From assembly GCA_963729605.1 (NCBI GenBank), contig CAVSNY010000002.1:128001-192000 (forward strand): a DNA stretch of 64,000 nucleotides. Direction: 5' to 3'. Source of the stretch: an uncultured Gammaproteobacteria bacterium (GTDB lineage Bacteria > Pseudomonadota > Gammaproteobacteria > DRLM01). Shown one piece after another: positions 28,718-38,776 of this stretch. Position 1 is the stretch's first letter; every line of letters starts with the position of its first letter. The position numbers and the translations under genes are program-made. Below the pieces are notes generated by a model. The model saw nothing but the letters and a program-made list of their open reading frames with translations. It had not been told where the DNA came from and did not search any database.

Positions 28718-29641
28718 ATGAAGCTACAGCAATTGCGCTTCGTGCGGGAGGTGGTTCGCCGCGGTTTCAACGTTTCCACCGCCGCCGAGGCGCTCCATAC
28801 CGCCCAACCCGGGGTGAGTAATCAAATCCAGCTTCTGGAGCAGGAATTGGGCGTGCAAATTTTTGAGCGCAAGGGCAAACGTTTGACCGGTTTGACCCGG
28901 CCCGGGCAGGTGATCGTCGAGATGATAGATCGAGTACTGCGCGAGTCGGATAACATCAAACGGGCGGGGGCGGAATTTTCGAGTGAGGGCAATGGCACCT
29001 TGTCGATCGCCACTACCCATACCCAGGCCCGCTACGCCTTGCCGCCGGTGATCAAACGTTTCACCGAGCGTTTTCCCGCGGTGCGCCTGGACATTCATCA
29101 AGGTAATCCGACTCAGGTATCCGAGATGGCGGTGGCGGGGGTGGTGGATATCGCCATCGCCACCGAGGCGATCGACTTGTTTCCCCAGCTAGTGGTGTTG
29201 CCCTGTTACGAGTGGAATCGCTGCGTGGTCGCGCCGCCCGGCCATCCGATCCTGAATGAGCAGCCGCTCACCTTGGAGGCGATCGCCCAGTACCCCATCG
29301 TTACCTATGATTTCGCCTTCGCGGGGCGCTCCAAGATCAACAAGGCCTTCGAGGCGCGGGGTCTGCAACCCAACGTGGTGTTGACCGCCATCGACTCCGA
29401 CGTGATCAAGACTTACGTGGAGCTGGGCTTAGGAATTGGCGTGTTGGCGAAAATGGCCTTCGATCCGGAGCGTGACCGTAATCTGCGCATGCTCGACGCC
29501 TCTCATCTGTTCGAACCCAGCACCACCCGCATCGGCATCCGCCGCGGCGCCTATCTGCGCGGCTATGTGTATACCTTCATCGAGTTGTTCGCCCCCCACC
29601 TCAGCCGCGCCGTCGTGGCGGCGGCCATGGCCGAGACCTAA
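28718..29641 (+). CDS. cysB: CysB/Cbl-family LysR regulator
   Basis: MKLQQLR, TAQPGVS, IATTHTQARY, GRSKINKAF and DSDVIKTYVELGLG. Confidence 0.92.
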   Translation: MKLQQLRFVREVVRRGFNVSTAAEALHTAQPGVSNQIQLLEQELGVQIFERKGKRLTGLTRPGQVIVEMIDRVLRESDNIKRAGAEFSSEGNGTLSIATTHTQARYALPPVIKRFTERFPAVRLDIHQGNPTQVSEMAVAGVVDIAIATEAIDLFPQLVVLPCYEWNRCVVAPPGHPILNEQPLTLEAIAQYPIVTYDFAFAGRSKINKAFEARGLQPNVVLTAIDSDVIKTYVELGLGIGVLAKMAFDPERDRNLRMLDASHLFEPSTTRIGIRRGAYLRGYVYTFIELFAPHLSRAVVAAAMAET

Positions 29642-29891
29642 TGCGGGTCTGATATAACCGCCGACTATATTTTCAGGCGTATCCCCTTTCTTCAAGACGC
29701 CGGTGGACTGGCGGCAGGGGATGATTGCGTGATCGTACTCGCGCACCGATCACGAGCTAGGGCAGGAAAAATTTCCGAAGGGCTATAAAGAAGTGAAGCC
29801 GTGTCCGCGCAAGGCATCGCGGCCTGACGGATAAGTTGGCGATGTGTTGGAATGACGAAAGGCGCAATCGCCCTTTCGTCATTTATGCGCT

Positions 29892-32192
29892 TCAGGAGGA
29901 CGGCGGTTCAGGCGCCAATTCCGGCGCGGGCGCGCTGTAGCCGCATTCTTTTTGCGGACAGACCTTTTCCGTGCCGCGCCGTTTGGTGGTCTTCAAGGTC
30001 AGGAACGGCCAGCTGCATTTCGGGCAGGCCTCGGCGATGGGTTCGTTCCACACCGCGTATTTGCAATCCGGATAACGCGAGCAGGAATAGAAAATTTTTC
30101 CGTAACGCGATTTGCGTTTCAACAGATTGCCCTGATGGCATTCCGGACAAACGACTTGCGTGTCGGCCGGTTTTTCCAGCGGTTCGATGTATTTGCACTT
30201 CGGGTAATTGCTGCAGCCGATGAACTTGCCGTAACGGCCCTGGCGGATGATCAGATCCGATTCGCACTGCGGGCAGTTGCGGCCTTCCACTTTTTCGGGG
30301 GCTTCCGGTTCCTTGTCGTCGCCGAGGCCGCGGGTGTAGTCGCATTCCGGATAACCGGTGCAGCCGACGAAACGGCCGCGCCGGCCCAGGCGGGTGGCGA
30401 GCGGTTTGCCGCATTTGGGGCAGGCCTCGTCCATCGCCTCTTGCGTCACATCCTTGCGCGCGACGTTTTGTTCGGTGTCATCCACCCGGTCTTTGAAGGG
30501 CTGCCAAAACGCGCGCAGCAGCGGCACCCACTCGCCTTCGCCGCGCGACACCGCGTCCAGGTCGTCTTCCAGCTTGGCGGTGAAATCGTAATCGACGTAT
30601 TGCGTGAAATAACCGGTGAGGAATTTATTCACCACCCGCGCCACGTCGGTGGGAATGAAGCGGCGCTTGTCCATGGTGACGTATTCGCGCGCCTGCAAGG
30701 TGGAGATGATCGCCGCATACGTCGACGGCCGGCCGATGCCATGTTCTTCCAGTGCTTTCACTAGGCTTGCTTCCGAATAACGCGGCGGCGGTTCGGTGAA
30801 GTGCTGTTCGGGACGGATTTGATTGAGCTTGATCTGCGCACCTTCGGTCAGCGGCGGCAGCAGGCGATTGTCGTCATCGCCCTTGCCGTCGTCCACGCCT
30901 TCTTCATACACGGCGAGGAAACCGGGATTGGTGACCGTGGAGCCGGTGGCGCGGAAAATATTGCCCTCGCCCGCGCTGAGGTCGGCGCTCACCGTGTCGA
31001 TGGTGGCGTGGATCATCTGGCAGGCGACGGTGCGTTTCCAGATCAATTCGTAGAGCTTGAGCTGGTCGGCGGAAAGATGGGCTTTCAACGAATCCGGCGT
31101 TTGCGCCGCCACGGTGGGACGCACGGCCTCGTGGGCCTCTTGCGCGTTCTTCGATTTGGTTTTGTAGGTGTTGGGCGTCGCCGGCAGATTGTCGGCGCCG
31201 TAACGTTGGGTGATGAGTTCGCGGATCTCGTTCACCGCTTCTTGCGCCAGATTCACCGAGTCGGTACGCATGTAGGTGATCAAACCCACCGTGCTGCCGC
31301 CGATGTCGATACCTTCGTACAATTGCTGGGCGATGCGCATGGTGCGCAAGGTCGTGAAACCCAGTTTGCGCGCGGCCTCCTGTTGCAGGGTGGACGTGGT
31401 GAACGGCGGCGCCGGATTGCGCTTGCGCTGCTTCTTTTCCACTTTGGCGACGACGAGTTTGCCGCCCGCCGCCTTGCTGAGCGCTTGCTCCGCGGCGCGG
31501 GCCTCGGCCTCGTTGTCGATGCTGAACTGGGTGAGCTTGTTGCCCTGGTAATGGCTGAGTTTGGCGGTGAAGGTCTCTTTCGCTTTACCGAGGTCGGCCT
31601 CGATGGTCCAGTATTCGCGGGCCTGGAATTTTTCGATTTCTTCCTCGCGCTCGACGATCATCCGCAAGGCGGGACTCTGCACCCGCCCCGCCGACAGGCC
31701 GGGCCGGACTTTCTTCCACAGCAGCGGCGAGAGGTTGAAACCGACCAGATAATCCAGCGCGCGTCGCGCCTGCTGGGCGTTGACCAAATCCATGGACACG
31801 TCGCGCGGGTGTTGCACCGCCTCTTGAATGGCGCGTTCGGTGATTTCGTGGAAGACCACCCGGCGGACTTGTTTGTCGCCCAGCAGTTTTTTCTCTCGCA
31901 GCAACTCGCACAAATGCCAGGAGATGGCCTCGCCTTCGCGATCCGGGTCGGTGGCGAGATAGAGCGTTTCGGCCTTGCCCATTTCCTTGGCGATGGCGGC
32001 GAAGTGCTTTTCGTTCTTTTCGATGGCCTGATACTTCATGGCGAAGTCATGGGCCGGATCGACCGCGCCCTCTTTGGGGAGCAGATCGCGGACATGGCCA
32101 TAGGAGGCGAGGACGGTAAAGTCCTTGCCCAGGTATTTCTTGATGGTTTTTGCCTTGGCCGGCGATTCGACGATGACCAGATTTTTACTCAT
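29892..32192 (-). CDS. topA: DNA topoisomerase I with C-terminal C4 zinc ribbons
   Basis: VIVESPAKAKTI, ATDPDREGE, SAGRVQS, ITYMRTDS and GIGRPSTY. Confidence 0.97.
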   Translation of the reverse strand: MSKNLVIVESPAKAKTIKKYLGKDFTVLASYGHVRDLLPKEGAVDPAHDFAMKYQAIEKNEKHFAAIAKEMGKAETLYLATDPDREGEAISWHLCELLREKKLLGDKQVRRVVFHEITERAIQEAVQHPRDVSMDLVNAQQARRALDYLVGFNLSPLLWKKVRPGLSAGRVQSPALRMIVEREEEIEKFQAREYWTIEADLGKAKETFTAKLSHYQGNKLTQFSIDNEAEARAAEQALSKAAGGKLVVAKVEKKQRKRNPAPPFTTSTLQQEAARKLGFTTLRTMRIAQQLYEGIDIGGSTVGLITYMRTDSVNLAQEAVNEIRELITQRYGADNLPATPNTYKTKSKNAQEAHEAVRPTVAAQTPDSLKAHLSADQLKLYELIWKRTVACQMIHATIDTVSADLSAGEGNIFRATGSTVTNPGFLAVYEEGVDDGKGDDDNRLLPPLTEGAQIKLNQIRPEQHFTEPPPRYSEASLVKALEEHGIGRPSTYAAIISTLQAREYVTMDKRRFIPTDVARVVNKFLTGYFTQYVDYDFTAKLEDDLDAVSRGEGEWVPLLRAFWQPFKDRVDDTEQNVARKDVTQEAMDEACPKCGKPLATRLGRRGRFVGCTGYPECDYTRGLGDDKEPEAPEKVEGRNCPQCESDLIIRQGRYGKFIGCSNYPKCKYIEPLEKPADTQVVCPECHQGNLLKRKSRYGKIFYSCSRYPDCKYAVWNEPIAEACPKCSWPFLTLKTTKRRGTEKVCPQKECGYSAPAPELAPEPPSS

Positions 32193-32340
32193 CGCACTCT
32201 ATTAAGTCTGTTGATGTTCAGCGTCATGCTGTTTCGCACCGCCTGACATAATCAGTGGTGCCCCTCGCCGCCCATAGCGGGCCGCTTTGATTGGTTTACG
32301 GCGTGTTTGGACGGTTCGCCCGCCGTGTCGTACTGGCGCT

Positions 32341-32820
32341 TTAATGCAGCCAGCCGGGGCTGCCCTCGAATAACAAATCTTCCATCCAGGCGAAGGCGGC
32401 TTCCTTGCCGGGCTGGTTGAAGAGGACCAGCAGGATAACCCATTTGAGGTCGGTCAGGTCGGTTTCACCGGTATCGAGGGCCATGATGCGGTCTATCACC
32501 AATTCCCGGCTGGACGGGTCCAGGACGCCGACTTGCTCGAGAAACATCAGAAAACCGCGGCTTTCGGTGTCGAGCCGTTTGATTTCCTCGGCGGTGTAGA
32601 TACGCAGCGCGCGGGCGGCGGGTGTGGTGACGGCCCCGGCGTTTTCCCGCATGGCGGCCAAGCCCTCTAACCAGGAAAAGGCCTTGTTGATTTCTTGGTC
32701 GGGGAAGCCGGCGCGCTGCAATTCCGAACGCAGCGAGGCCTCGTCGGCGCTGTCGTCTATGTCCCCGCAAATGTAGTTTTCCAGCAGGTACATCAGGATA
32801 TCCAGCATATTTTCTTTCAT
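32341..32820 (-). CDS. smg: Smg (DUF494) protein
   Basis: MLDILMYLLENY, AFSWLEGL, RELVIDR and LKWVILLVLFNQPG, located between dprA and topA. Confidence 0.9.
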   Translation of the reverse strand: MKENMLDILMYLLENYICGDIDDSADEASLRSELQRAGFPDQEINKAFSWLEGLAAMRENAGAVTTPAARALRIYTAEEIKRLDTESRGFLMFLEQVGVLDPSSRELVIDRIMALDTGETDLTDLKWVILLVLFNQPGKEAAFAWMEDLLFEGSPGWLH

Positions 32821-32843
32821 CAGCCTCGTCTCTGGTCGGTCGT

Positions 32844-33959
32844 TTACGGCATGCGGGTATACAGGCCGCCCGGTCCGGATATCACCTTTCCATGCAATTC
32901 AAGTACCACCAGCATGGAGGAAACCTGCTCGGTCGTCAATCCGCTGCGTTCCACCACCGTATCGATGGAGGTGGGTTCGAAGCCGAGGGAATTCAATAGG
33001 CTTGAGAATTCATCGCCGTTTTCGGCGCCGCTGTCGGCCGGGCCGGTATTCTGCGTAAAAAAGGGTTTACCGGCGGTAAAGCCCGCCAATTCTTCGAGGA
33101 TGTCCTCACCGGTTTCCACCAATTTCGCCCCTTGCCGGATCAAGGCGTGGCAGCCGCGGGACAGCGGATTGTGGATGGAGCCGGGGATGGCGAACACCTC
33201 CCGGCCTTGTTCATTGGCCAGCCGGGCGGTGATCAGTGAACCGCTTTGGGGCGCGGCCTCCACCACCAAGGTGCCCAGCGCGAGACCGCTGATGATCCGG
33301 TTGCGGCGGGGAAAGTGGTCCGGCCGCGGCGGTGTGCCCACCGGGAATTCGGAGATCAGCGCGCCCTGTTCGGCGATGGCATGGGCCAGCTCCCGATGCT
33401 GGGCCGGATAAACGCGGTCGAGGCCGGTACCGGCCACGGCCAGGGTGGGTCCCGGGACTTGCAATGCGCCGCGATGCGCGGCGGCGTCGATGCCGACGGC
33501 CATGCCGCTGGTGATGGTGAGACCGGCCCGGCTCAAATGGGCGGCGAAGTCGGCGGCGGTGCGTTCGCCGGCGGGACTGGGATTGCGGCTGCCCACCACC
33601 GCGAGTTGAGGGGCGCGGAGGAGGGTCGGGTCGCCATGGATGAACAGGGCCGGTGGCGGGTCGGGGATTTCCCGCAGCAGCGGCGGGTAGTCCGGATCAT
33701 TTACCGTGAGGAAGTGATGATCGGGTTGAGCGAGCCAGGCGAGATCGGCGTCGATCTCCGCCCAGGCCGGATTCGCCAGGTAGGCGCGGGTCGGGGCGGA
33801 GAGTCTGAGCTCATGCCAGGCGGACTCGCCCGCCTCGAAGAGCCGGCGCGGCGTGACGAAACGGGATAACAACACCCGTGCCCCCGCGGCGCCGATGCCC
33901 GGCAGGCGGAGCAGTGCGAGCCAATAGGCCCGTTCGTCCTCGCCCTGTGATTCCCCCAT
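32844..33959 (-). CDS. dprA: DNA-processing protein DprA
   Basis: AVVGSR, ITSGMAVGID, FPRRNRIISG, GSLITA and GREVFAIPG. Start taken at ATG 33959. Confidence 0.95.
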   Translation of the reverse strand: MGESQGEDERAYWLALLRLPGIGAAGARVLLSRFVTPRRLFEAGESAWHELRLSAPTRAYLANPAWAEIDADLAWLAQPDHHFLTVNDPDYPPLLREIPDPPPALFIHGDPTLLRAPQLAVVGSRNPSPAGERTAADFAAHLSRAGLTITSGMAVGIDAAAHRGALQVPGPTLAVAGTGLDRVYPAQHRELAHAIAEQGALISEFPVGTPPRPDHFPRRNRIISGLALGTLVVEAAPQSGSLITARLANEQGREVFAIPGSIHNPLSRGCHALIRQGAKLVETGEDILEELAGFTAGKPFFTQNTGPADSGAENGDEFSSLLNSLGFEPTSIDTVVERSGLTTEQVSSMLVVLELHGKVISGPGGLYTRMP

Positions 33960-34000
33960 CCCTGTTCCGAATGCCCCTCGTTGGTTTTTTATTAAGGCAA

Positions 34001-34098
34001 GCGCTGATAATTCCATCCTGAATTTTCAGGGCACGGAAGCGAAAAAGGTGATTTTCGCTTTGCTTCATGTTCAATGGCGGTTAGCCATTGAACATGAA
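34001..34098 (-). repeat. Copy C of the dispersed triple-hairpin intergenic element
   Basis: The minus strand reads TTCATGTTCAATGGC-TAACC-GCCATTGAACATGAA, then AAGCGAAAA-TCACCT-TTTTCGCTT, then CTGAAAATTCAGGATGGAATTATCAG. Confidence 0.8.
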
Positions 34099-34143
34099 TG
34101 CACCCCCGTGTGCCGCCAGGGACCCTGGATAAGTCCGCGGCCC

Positions 34144-35217
34144 CTAAGGGTTGCGCACCGCGTCATACAGGCGGATATCCCGCGTCGCCTCCATCACTAA
34201 AGCGTAGCTTACTTTATCGAAGACGCGGAACACCATGACCAGCCCTTCCTGCGCGTCCGGCAGCTTCACCAGCCCCGCTTTGGGTTTCACCGGGTCGCGC
34301 ACCTCTGCTCCGGAGTGGAAGGCGGCCAGCACATTGCCGGGGCGCACCCCGTCGTTGTGGCCGAGGTTGAGCACCACCACTTGGTAGCGGCCGGCGCGGG
34401 AGATGGCGTCGAAGAGGGCGACGATACCGCCCTCCACGTTTTTATCCGGGGCGCTGGGCACGAAGTTGAAGTCGCGCGCCTCGTTTTCGGGGGTGGCGAT
34501 CAGCCGGTCGCCGCTCAGGGTTTCGCGGGTGGCTTTCATCAGGGTGAGGGTGGCGGGATCGCCGTAGGCCTCCACCCGGCCGTCCGCTACCTTGAGGGCC
34601 TCATAACCGAGCACGTCGTCTTTTTTGGCGTGGGGATTGCGATAGACCGTGCCGGTGCGGAACACTTGATAACGGGTGGTGCTGCGGTCGTTGACGCCGC
34701 GGGCGTAGATTTTATTGCCGGTACCGCCGATCAAGCGTCCCTCTTCGATGGAGATCACGTAGCCGGATTTTTCCAATTCATCGGGTGAAATGATTTGGGC
34801 GTCGAGCAGGAACTGTTCGATCGCCTCGATGGGCACGGTGGGAATGGGCCGATTCAGCGTGGTGATACGGACTTGCGGCGAGAGTTTCACCACATTGCCG
34901 GTGCCGGCGCTGTCCGCCGCGTCGCTCTGAGCCGAGGGGCGTTCCAATTGCAGCACCGGTTGCCCCTCGCGATACGTGAGGCTGATGATGTCGCCGGGAT
35001 AGATGAGATGGGGATTGTCGATCTGGGGATTGATCTCCCACACGTCGGGCCAGCGCCAGGGGTCGCGCAGAAAGCGTGAAGAAATATCCCAGAGCGTGTC
35101 GCCCTTGACGACTACGTAACGATCGGGATGCTCGGGGTTGAGCGTAACGGTGTCGGCGTGGGCGGTGCTCAAGGCCAAGGCCAGCAGCAGTGCCGTCACG
35201 GTATTGCGAATCGTCAT
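34144..35217 (-). CDS. LysM peptidoglycan-binding protein (TsaP-like)
   Basis: Signal peptide and YVVVKGDTLWDIS...NPHLIYPGD, in the conserved position between def and dprA. Confidence 0.9.
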   Translation of the reverse strand: MTIRNTVTALLLALALSTAHADTVTLNPEHPDRYVVVKGDTLWDISSRFLRDPWRWPDVWEINPQIDNPHLIYPGDIISLTYREGQPVLQLERPSAQSDAADSAGTGNVVKLSPQVRITTLNRPIPTVPIEAIEQFLLDAQIISPDELEKSGYVISIEEGRLIGGTGNKIYARGVNDRSTTRYQVFRTGTVYRNPHAKKDDVLGYEALKVADGRVEAYGDPATLTLMKATRETLSGDRLIATPENEARDFNFVPSAPDKNVEGGIVALFDAISRAGRYQVVVLNLGHNDGVRPGNVLAAFHSGAEVRDPVKPKAGLVKLPDAQEGLVMVFRVFDKVSYALVMEATRDIRLYDAVRNP

Positions 35218-35365
35218 AGTCGACCCTTTTCCAGGTTGCTTCGCGGGAGTGTAGCCGAATCATGCCGCGGTCTCTAGCTGGGTGGCATCCACCCGCGTAA
35301 GTTCGGTATGATCGTCAGGCTAGCAATATATACGGCCGCTTGACTAAGACCTTGATGGATTTCCT

Positions 35366-35869
35366 ATGGCGATACTTCCCATTTTGCATTTTCCCGATCC
35401 CCGTTTGCGCAATCCGGCCCAGCCGGTGGCGCGGGTCGACGACGAGGCGCGTCGCCTGCTCGACGATATGTTGGAGACCATGTACGCCGCGCCGGGCATC
35501 GGGCTGGCCGCGCCGCAGGTCAATGTGTCCAAACGCATGATCGTCATCGACATCTCCGAAGAGCGCAACGATCCGCGTTATTTCGTCAATCCCGAGATCC
35601 TCGCGCGGCGCGGCAACGAGGTGTTCGAGGAAGGTTGCCTGTCGGTGCCCAATATCTACGAAACCGTCGAGCGCGCGGCCTGGGTCCGGGTAAAAGCGCT
35701 CGGCCGGGACGGCAAATCCTACGAGTTGGAGGCCGACGGTCTGCTGGCGGTGTGCATACAACACGAGATCGATCACCTGGAAGGCAAGCTGTTCGTCGAT
35801 TACCTTTCCGAACTGAAGCGCGGCCGCATCCGCAAGAAAATGGAAAAATTGCGGCGCCATACCTTATGA
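35366..35869 (+). CDS. def: Peptide deformylase
   Basis: [14 protein letters not shown] and QHEIDHLEG. Confidence 0.97.
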   Translation: MAILPILHFPDPRLRNPAQPVARVDDEARRLLDDMLETMYAAPGIGLAAPQVNVSKRMIVIDISEERNDPRYFVNPEILARRGNEVFEEGCLSVPNIYETVERAAWVRVKALGRDGKSYELEADGLLAVCIQHEIDHLEGKLFVDYLSELKRGRIRKKMEKLRRHTL

Positions 35870-35907
35870 GCCCAAGGGCTGCCGCCCCTTAATTCAAGCG
35901 ACTCCTT

Positions 35908-36876
35908 ATGCCACTGAACATCGTTTTTGCCGGTACCCCCGAGTTCGCGCGGGTCGCCCTGGCGGCGTTGCTGCAATCGGGGCATGCGCTGCGCGCCGTG
36001 TACACCCAGCCCGACCGGCCCGCCGGGCGCGGCCGCAAATTGAGCGCGAGTCCGGTGAAACAGCTGGCGATCGACGCGGGGGTCGCGGTGCATCAGCCGC
36101 CCAGCCTGAAGCCGGCGGCGGAACACGACATCCTGCGCGGCCACGGCGCCGATGTGATGGTGGTGGTGGCCTACGGCCTGATCCTGCCGCGGGCGGTGCT
36201 GGACATTCCGCGCCACGGCTGCCTCAACATCCACGCCTCGCTGTTGCCGCGCTGGCGCGGCGCGGCGCCCATCCAGCGCGCCATCCTGGCGGGTGATGAT
36301 GAAACCGGCATCACCATCATTCAAATGAACGCCGGGCTCGATACCGGCGACATGTTGCTGAAACTCGCCTGTCCCATCGCCGCCGACGACACGGCGCAAA
36401 GCCTGCACGACAAATTGGCCACGCTCGGCGCCGAGGCGATACTCGCCGCCCTCGCGCACGTGGAGCGGGGCGATGTGCGGCGCGAGGCGCAGGACGATGC
36501 GCTGTCCTGTTACGCCGCCAAGCTCGACAAGGCCGAGGCCTCGATGAATTGGTCGCGGCCCGCCCGCGAGCTCGACCGCCAGGTGCGCGCCTTCAACCCC
36601 TGGCCGGTGGCGCAGACCCAATGGGGCGATAAAACCCTGCGGGTGTGGCGCGCCCTCGCCGTCGCTTCGGAGTCCCGCGCCGCGCCGGGCACGGTGCTCG
36701 CCGCCGGCCGCCACGGTATCGATGTCGCCACCGGCGACGGCGCGCTGCGACTCTTGGAGATCCAACTCCCCGGCGGCCGGCCCTTGCCGGTCGCGGCGAT
36801 ACTCAACGCCCATCCTCTCGTTTCCGGCGCGGTGTTGGGCGTCGCGGGACAGGCCGTCCGCTCCGATGCGGATTAA
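35908..36876 (+). CDS. fmt: Methionyl-tRNA formyltransferase
   Basis: FAGTPEFA, TQPDRPAGRG and NIHASLLPRWRGAAPI. Confidence 0.97.
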   Translation: MPLNIVFAGTPEFARVALAALLQSGHALRAVYTQPDRPAGRGRKLSASPVKQLAIDAGVAVHQPPSLKPAAEHDILRGHGADVMVVVAYGLILPRAVLDIPRHGCLNIHASLLPRWRGAAPIQRAILAGDDETGITIIQMNAGLDTGDMLLKLACPIAADDTAQSLHDKLATLGAEAILAALAHVERGDVRREAQDDALSCYAAKLDKAEASMNWSRPARELDRQVRAFNPWPVAQTQWGDKTLRVWRALAVASESRAAPGTVLAAGRHGIDVATGDGALRLLEIQLPGGRPLPVAAILNAHPLVSGAVLGVAGQAVRSDAD

Positions 36877-38191
36877 GGCGCCCGCCGGCGGTGCCGCGGA
36901 GGCCAGGGGCGCGGCGGCGGGGGTATTGGCGCAGGTCATGGCGGAAGGGCGTTCCCTGAGTGCGGCCTTGCCGCCGGCGCTCGCCGGCTTGCCCGCGCAG
37001 GAACGGGCGCTGCTGCAGGAGCTGTGTTATGGCGTATTGCGCTGGGGTCCGCGCCTGGAGGTGTTGCTTGCCCGCTTGATGACCAAGCCGCTGCGCGACA
37101 AGGAGCGGGTGGTGCACGCCTTGCTCTTGGTGGGCCTCTATCAATTGTTCTATACCCGCATCCCGCCGTATGCCGCGGTGGCCGGCACCGTGGATGCGGC
37201 GCGCGCGCTGGGTAAACCGTGGGCGGCGGGCCTGGTCAACGCGGTGTTGCGCGGCGCGCAAAAGGGCGGCGAGGCCTTGCTGGCCGAGGTGGATCGCGAC
37301 GAGTCCGCGGCCGCCGCGCATCCGGTCTGGTTATTGGAATCGTTGCGCGCCGGCCGGCCCGAGGAATGGCGGACCATCGTCGCCGCCAATAATGAACGGG
37401 CGCCGATGTTCTTGCGCGTCAACCGCCGCCGCGGCGACCGCGCCGCCTATCTCGCGCGGCTCGCCGCCGCCGGCATCGACGCCGCGGCGGTGGCGCGCAC
37501 CGAGTGCGGCGTGGTGCTGGCGCGGCCGCTGGATGTCGATCAACTGCCCGGTTTCGCCGCGGGCGAGGTGTCGGTACAGGACGGCGCGGCGCAACTGGCG
37601 GCGGAATTGTTGGACGCGCAACCGGGTGAGCGGGTGCTGGACGCCTGCGCCGCCCCCGGCGGCAAGACCTGCCATATATTAGAGCGTCAGCCGGAGTTGG
37701 CCGAGCTGACGGCGCTCGACCACGATGCGGCGCGGATGGCGCGGGTGCACGACAATCTGGCGCGGCTGGGTTTGACGGCGCGGGTGATCGTCAACGACGC
37801 CGCCCGGCCCGACGCATGGTGGGACGGCGCGCCGTTCGACCGGATAGTGTTGGACGCGCCCTGTGCCGGGCTGGGGGTGATCCGCCGTCATCCCGATATC
37901 AAATATCTGCGCCGGCCGGAGGACATCGCGGCCTTGGCCGCCTTGCAGGGCCGGCTACTGGACGCGCTGTGGCCCTTGCTGCGCGCGGGCGGTAAGCTGG
38001 TGTACGTCACCTGCTCGGTGCTGCCGCAGGAAAACGAGATGCAGATCGAGCGCTTTTTGCGGCAGCGGGCCGACGCCCGCGAACACATCATCGCCGCCGC
38101 GTGGGGCCGCGCGTTGAACCACGGCCGTTTGATCTTGCCGGGTGAAGAGGGGATGGACGGTTTTTATTATGCTTGCCTGGAAAAGACCTGA
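36866..38191 (+). CDS. rsmB: 16S rRNA m5C967 methyltransferase
   Basis: NusB-like N-terminus, VQD, LDACAAPGGKT, LDAPC, IRRHPDIK and YVTCS. Confidence 0.94.
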   Translation: MRIKAPAGGAAEARGAAAGVLAQVMAEGRSLSAALPPALAGLPAQERALLQELCYGVLRWGPRLEVLLARLMTKPLRDKERVVHALLLVGLYQLFYTRIPPYAAVAGTVDAARALGKPWAAGLVNAVLRGAQKGGEALLAEVDRDESAAAAHPVWLLESLRAGRPEEWRTIVAANNERAPMFLRVNRRRGDRAAYLARLAAAGIDAAAVARTECGVVLARPLDVDQLPGFAAGEVSVQDGAAQLAAELLDAQPGERVLDACAAPGGKTCHILERQPELAELTALDHDAARMARVHDNLARLGLTARVIVNDAARPDAWWDGAPFDRIVLDAPCAGLGVIRRHPDIKYLRRPEDIAALAALQGRLLDALWPLLRAGGKLVYVTCSVLPQENEMQIERFLRQRADAREHIIAAAWGRALNHGRLILPGEEGMDGFYYACLEKT

Positions 38192-38194
38192 ACG

Positions 38195-38776
38195 GTGAAC
38201 GGCGCGCGTGGCGTGAGCAAGGCGAGGACGGCCCGGCGTTTTTGGGCGCTGCTGCTGCTGCCCGCCGTGTGGGCCGGTTCGGCCGCCGCCGCGGAGTTCG
38301 TGGTGCAAAGCGCCGAGACGTATTTGACGGACAAGGTCCATCATCTCAACGCCAACATCGATTATGACTTCGGCGAACCGGCCCTGGAGGCCCTCCACAA
38401 CGGCGTGCCGCTGGTGGTGCAATTGGACATCGAGATCGACCGCGTCCGCGATTATATCTGGAATGAAAACATCGCCGCCCTGCATCAGCGTTATCAACTC
38501 GGTTACGAAGCCCTGATCGGCCGCTATGTGATCACCAATCTCAACAGCGGCGCCGATGCGTTTTATCCCAGCTTCGACGCGATGCTCGAGGCCTTGGGCC
38601 GGATCCGGGATCTGCCGATCCTGGACGCGGATTTGCTGAGTGAAGGCAAGCGTTATCGGGTGTCCCTGCGCGCCAGTTTGGATTTGGAGGCCTTGCCGGT
38701 ACCGATGCGCATCATGGGTTATTTCTCGTCGGACTGGCGGATTTCCAGCGAGTGGTTCACATGGTCCTTGGAATGA
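38195..38776 (+). CDS. DUF4390 exported protein
   Basis: Signal-like N-terminus, ALHNGVPL and LPVPMRI, in the conserved position between rsmB and ntrY. Start codon uncertain. Confidence 0.8.
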   Translation: MNGARGVSKARTARRFWALLLLPAVWAGSAAAAEFVVQSAETYLTDKVHHLNANIDYDFGEPALEALHNGVPLVVQLDIEIDRVRDYIWNENIAALHQRYQLGYEALIGRYVITNLNSGADAFYPSFDAMLEALGRIRDLPILDADLLSEGKRYRVSLRASLDLEALPVPMRIMGYFSSDWRISSEWFTWSLE

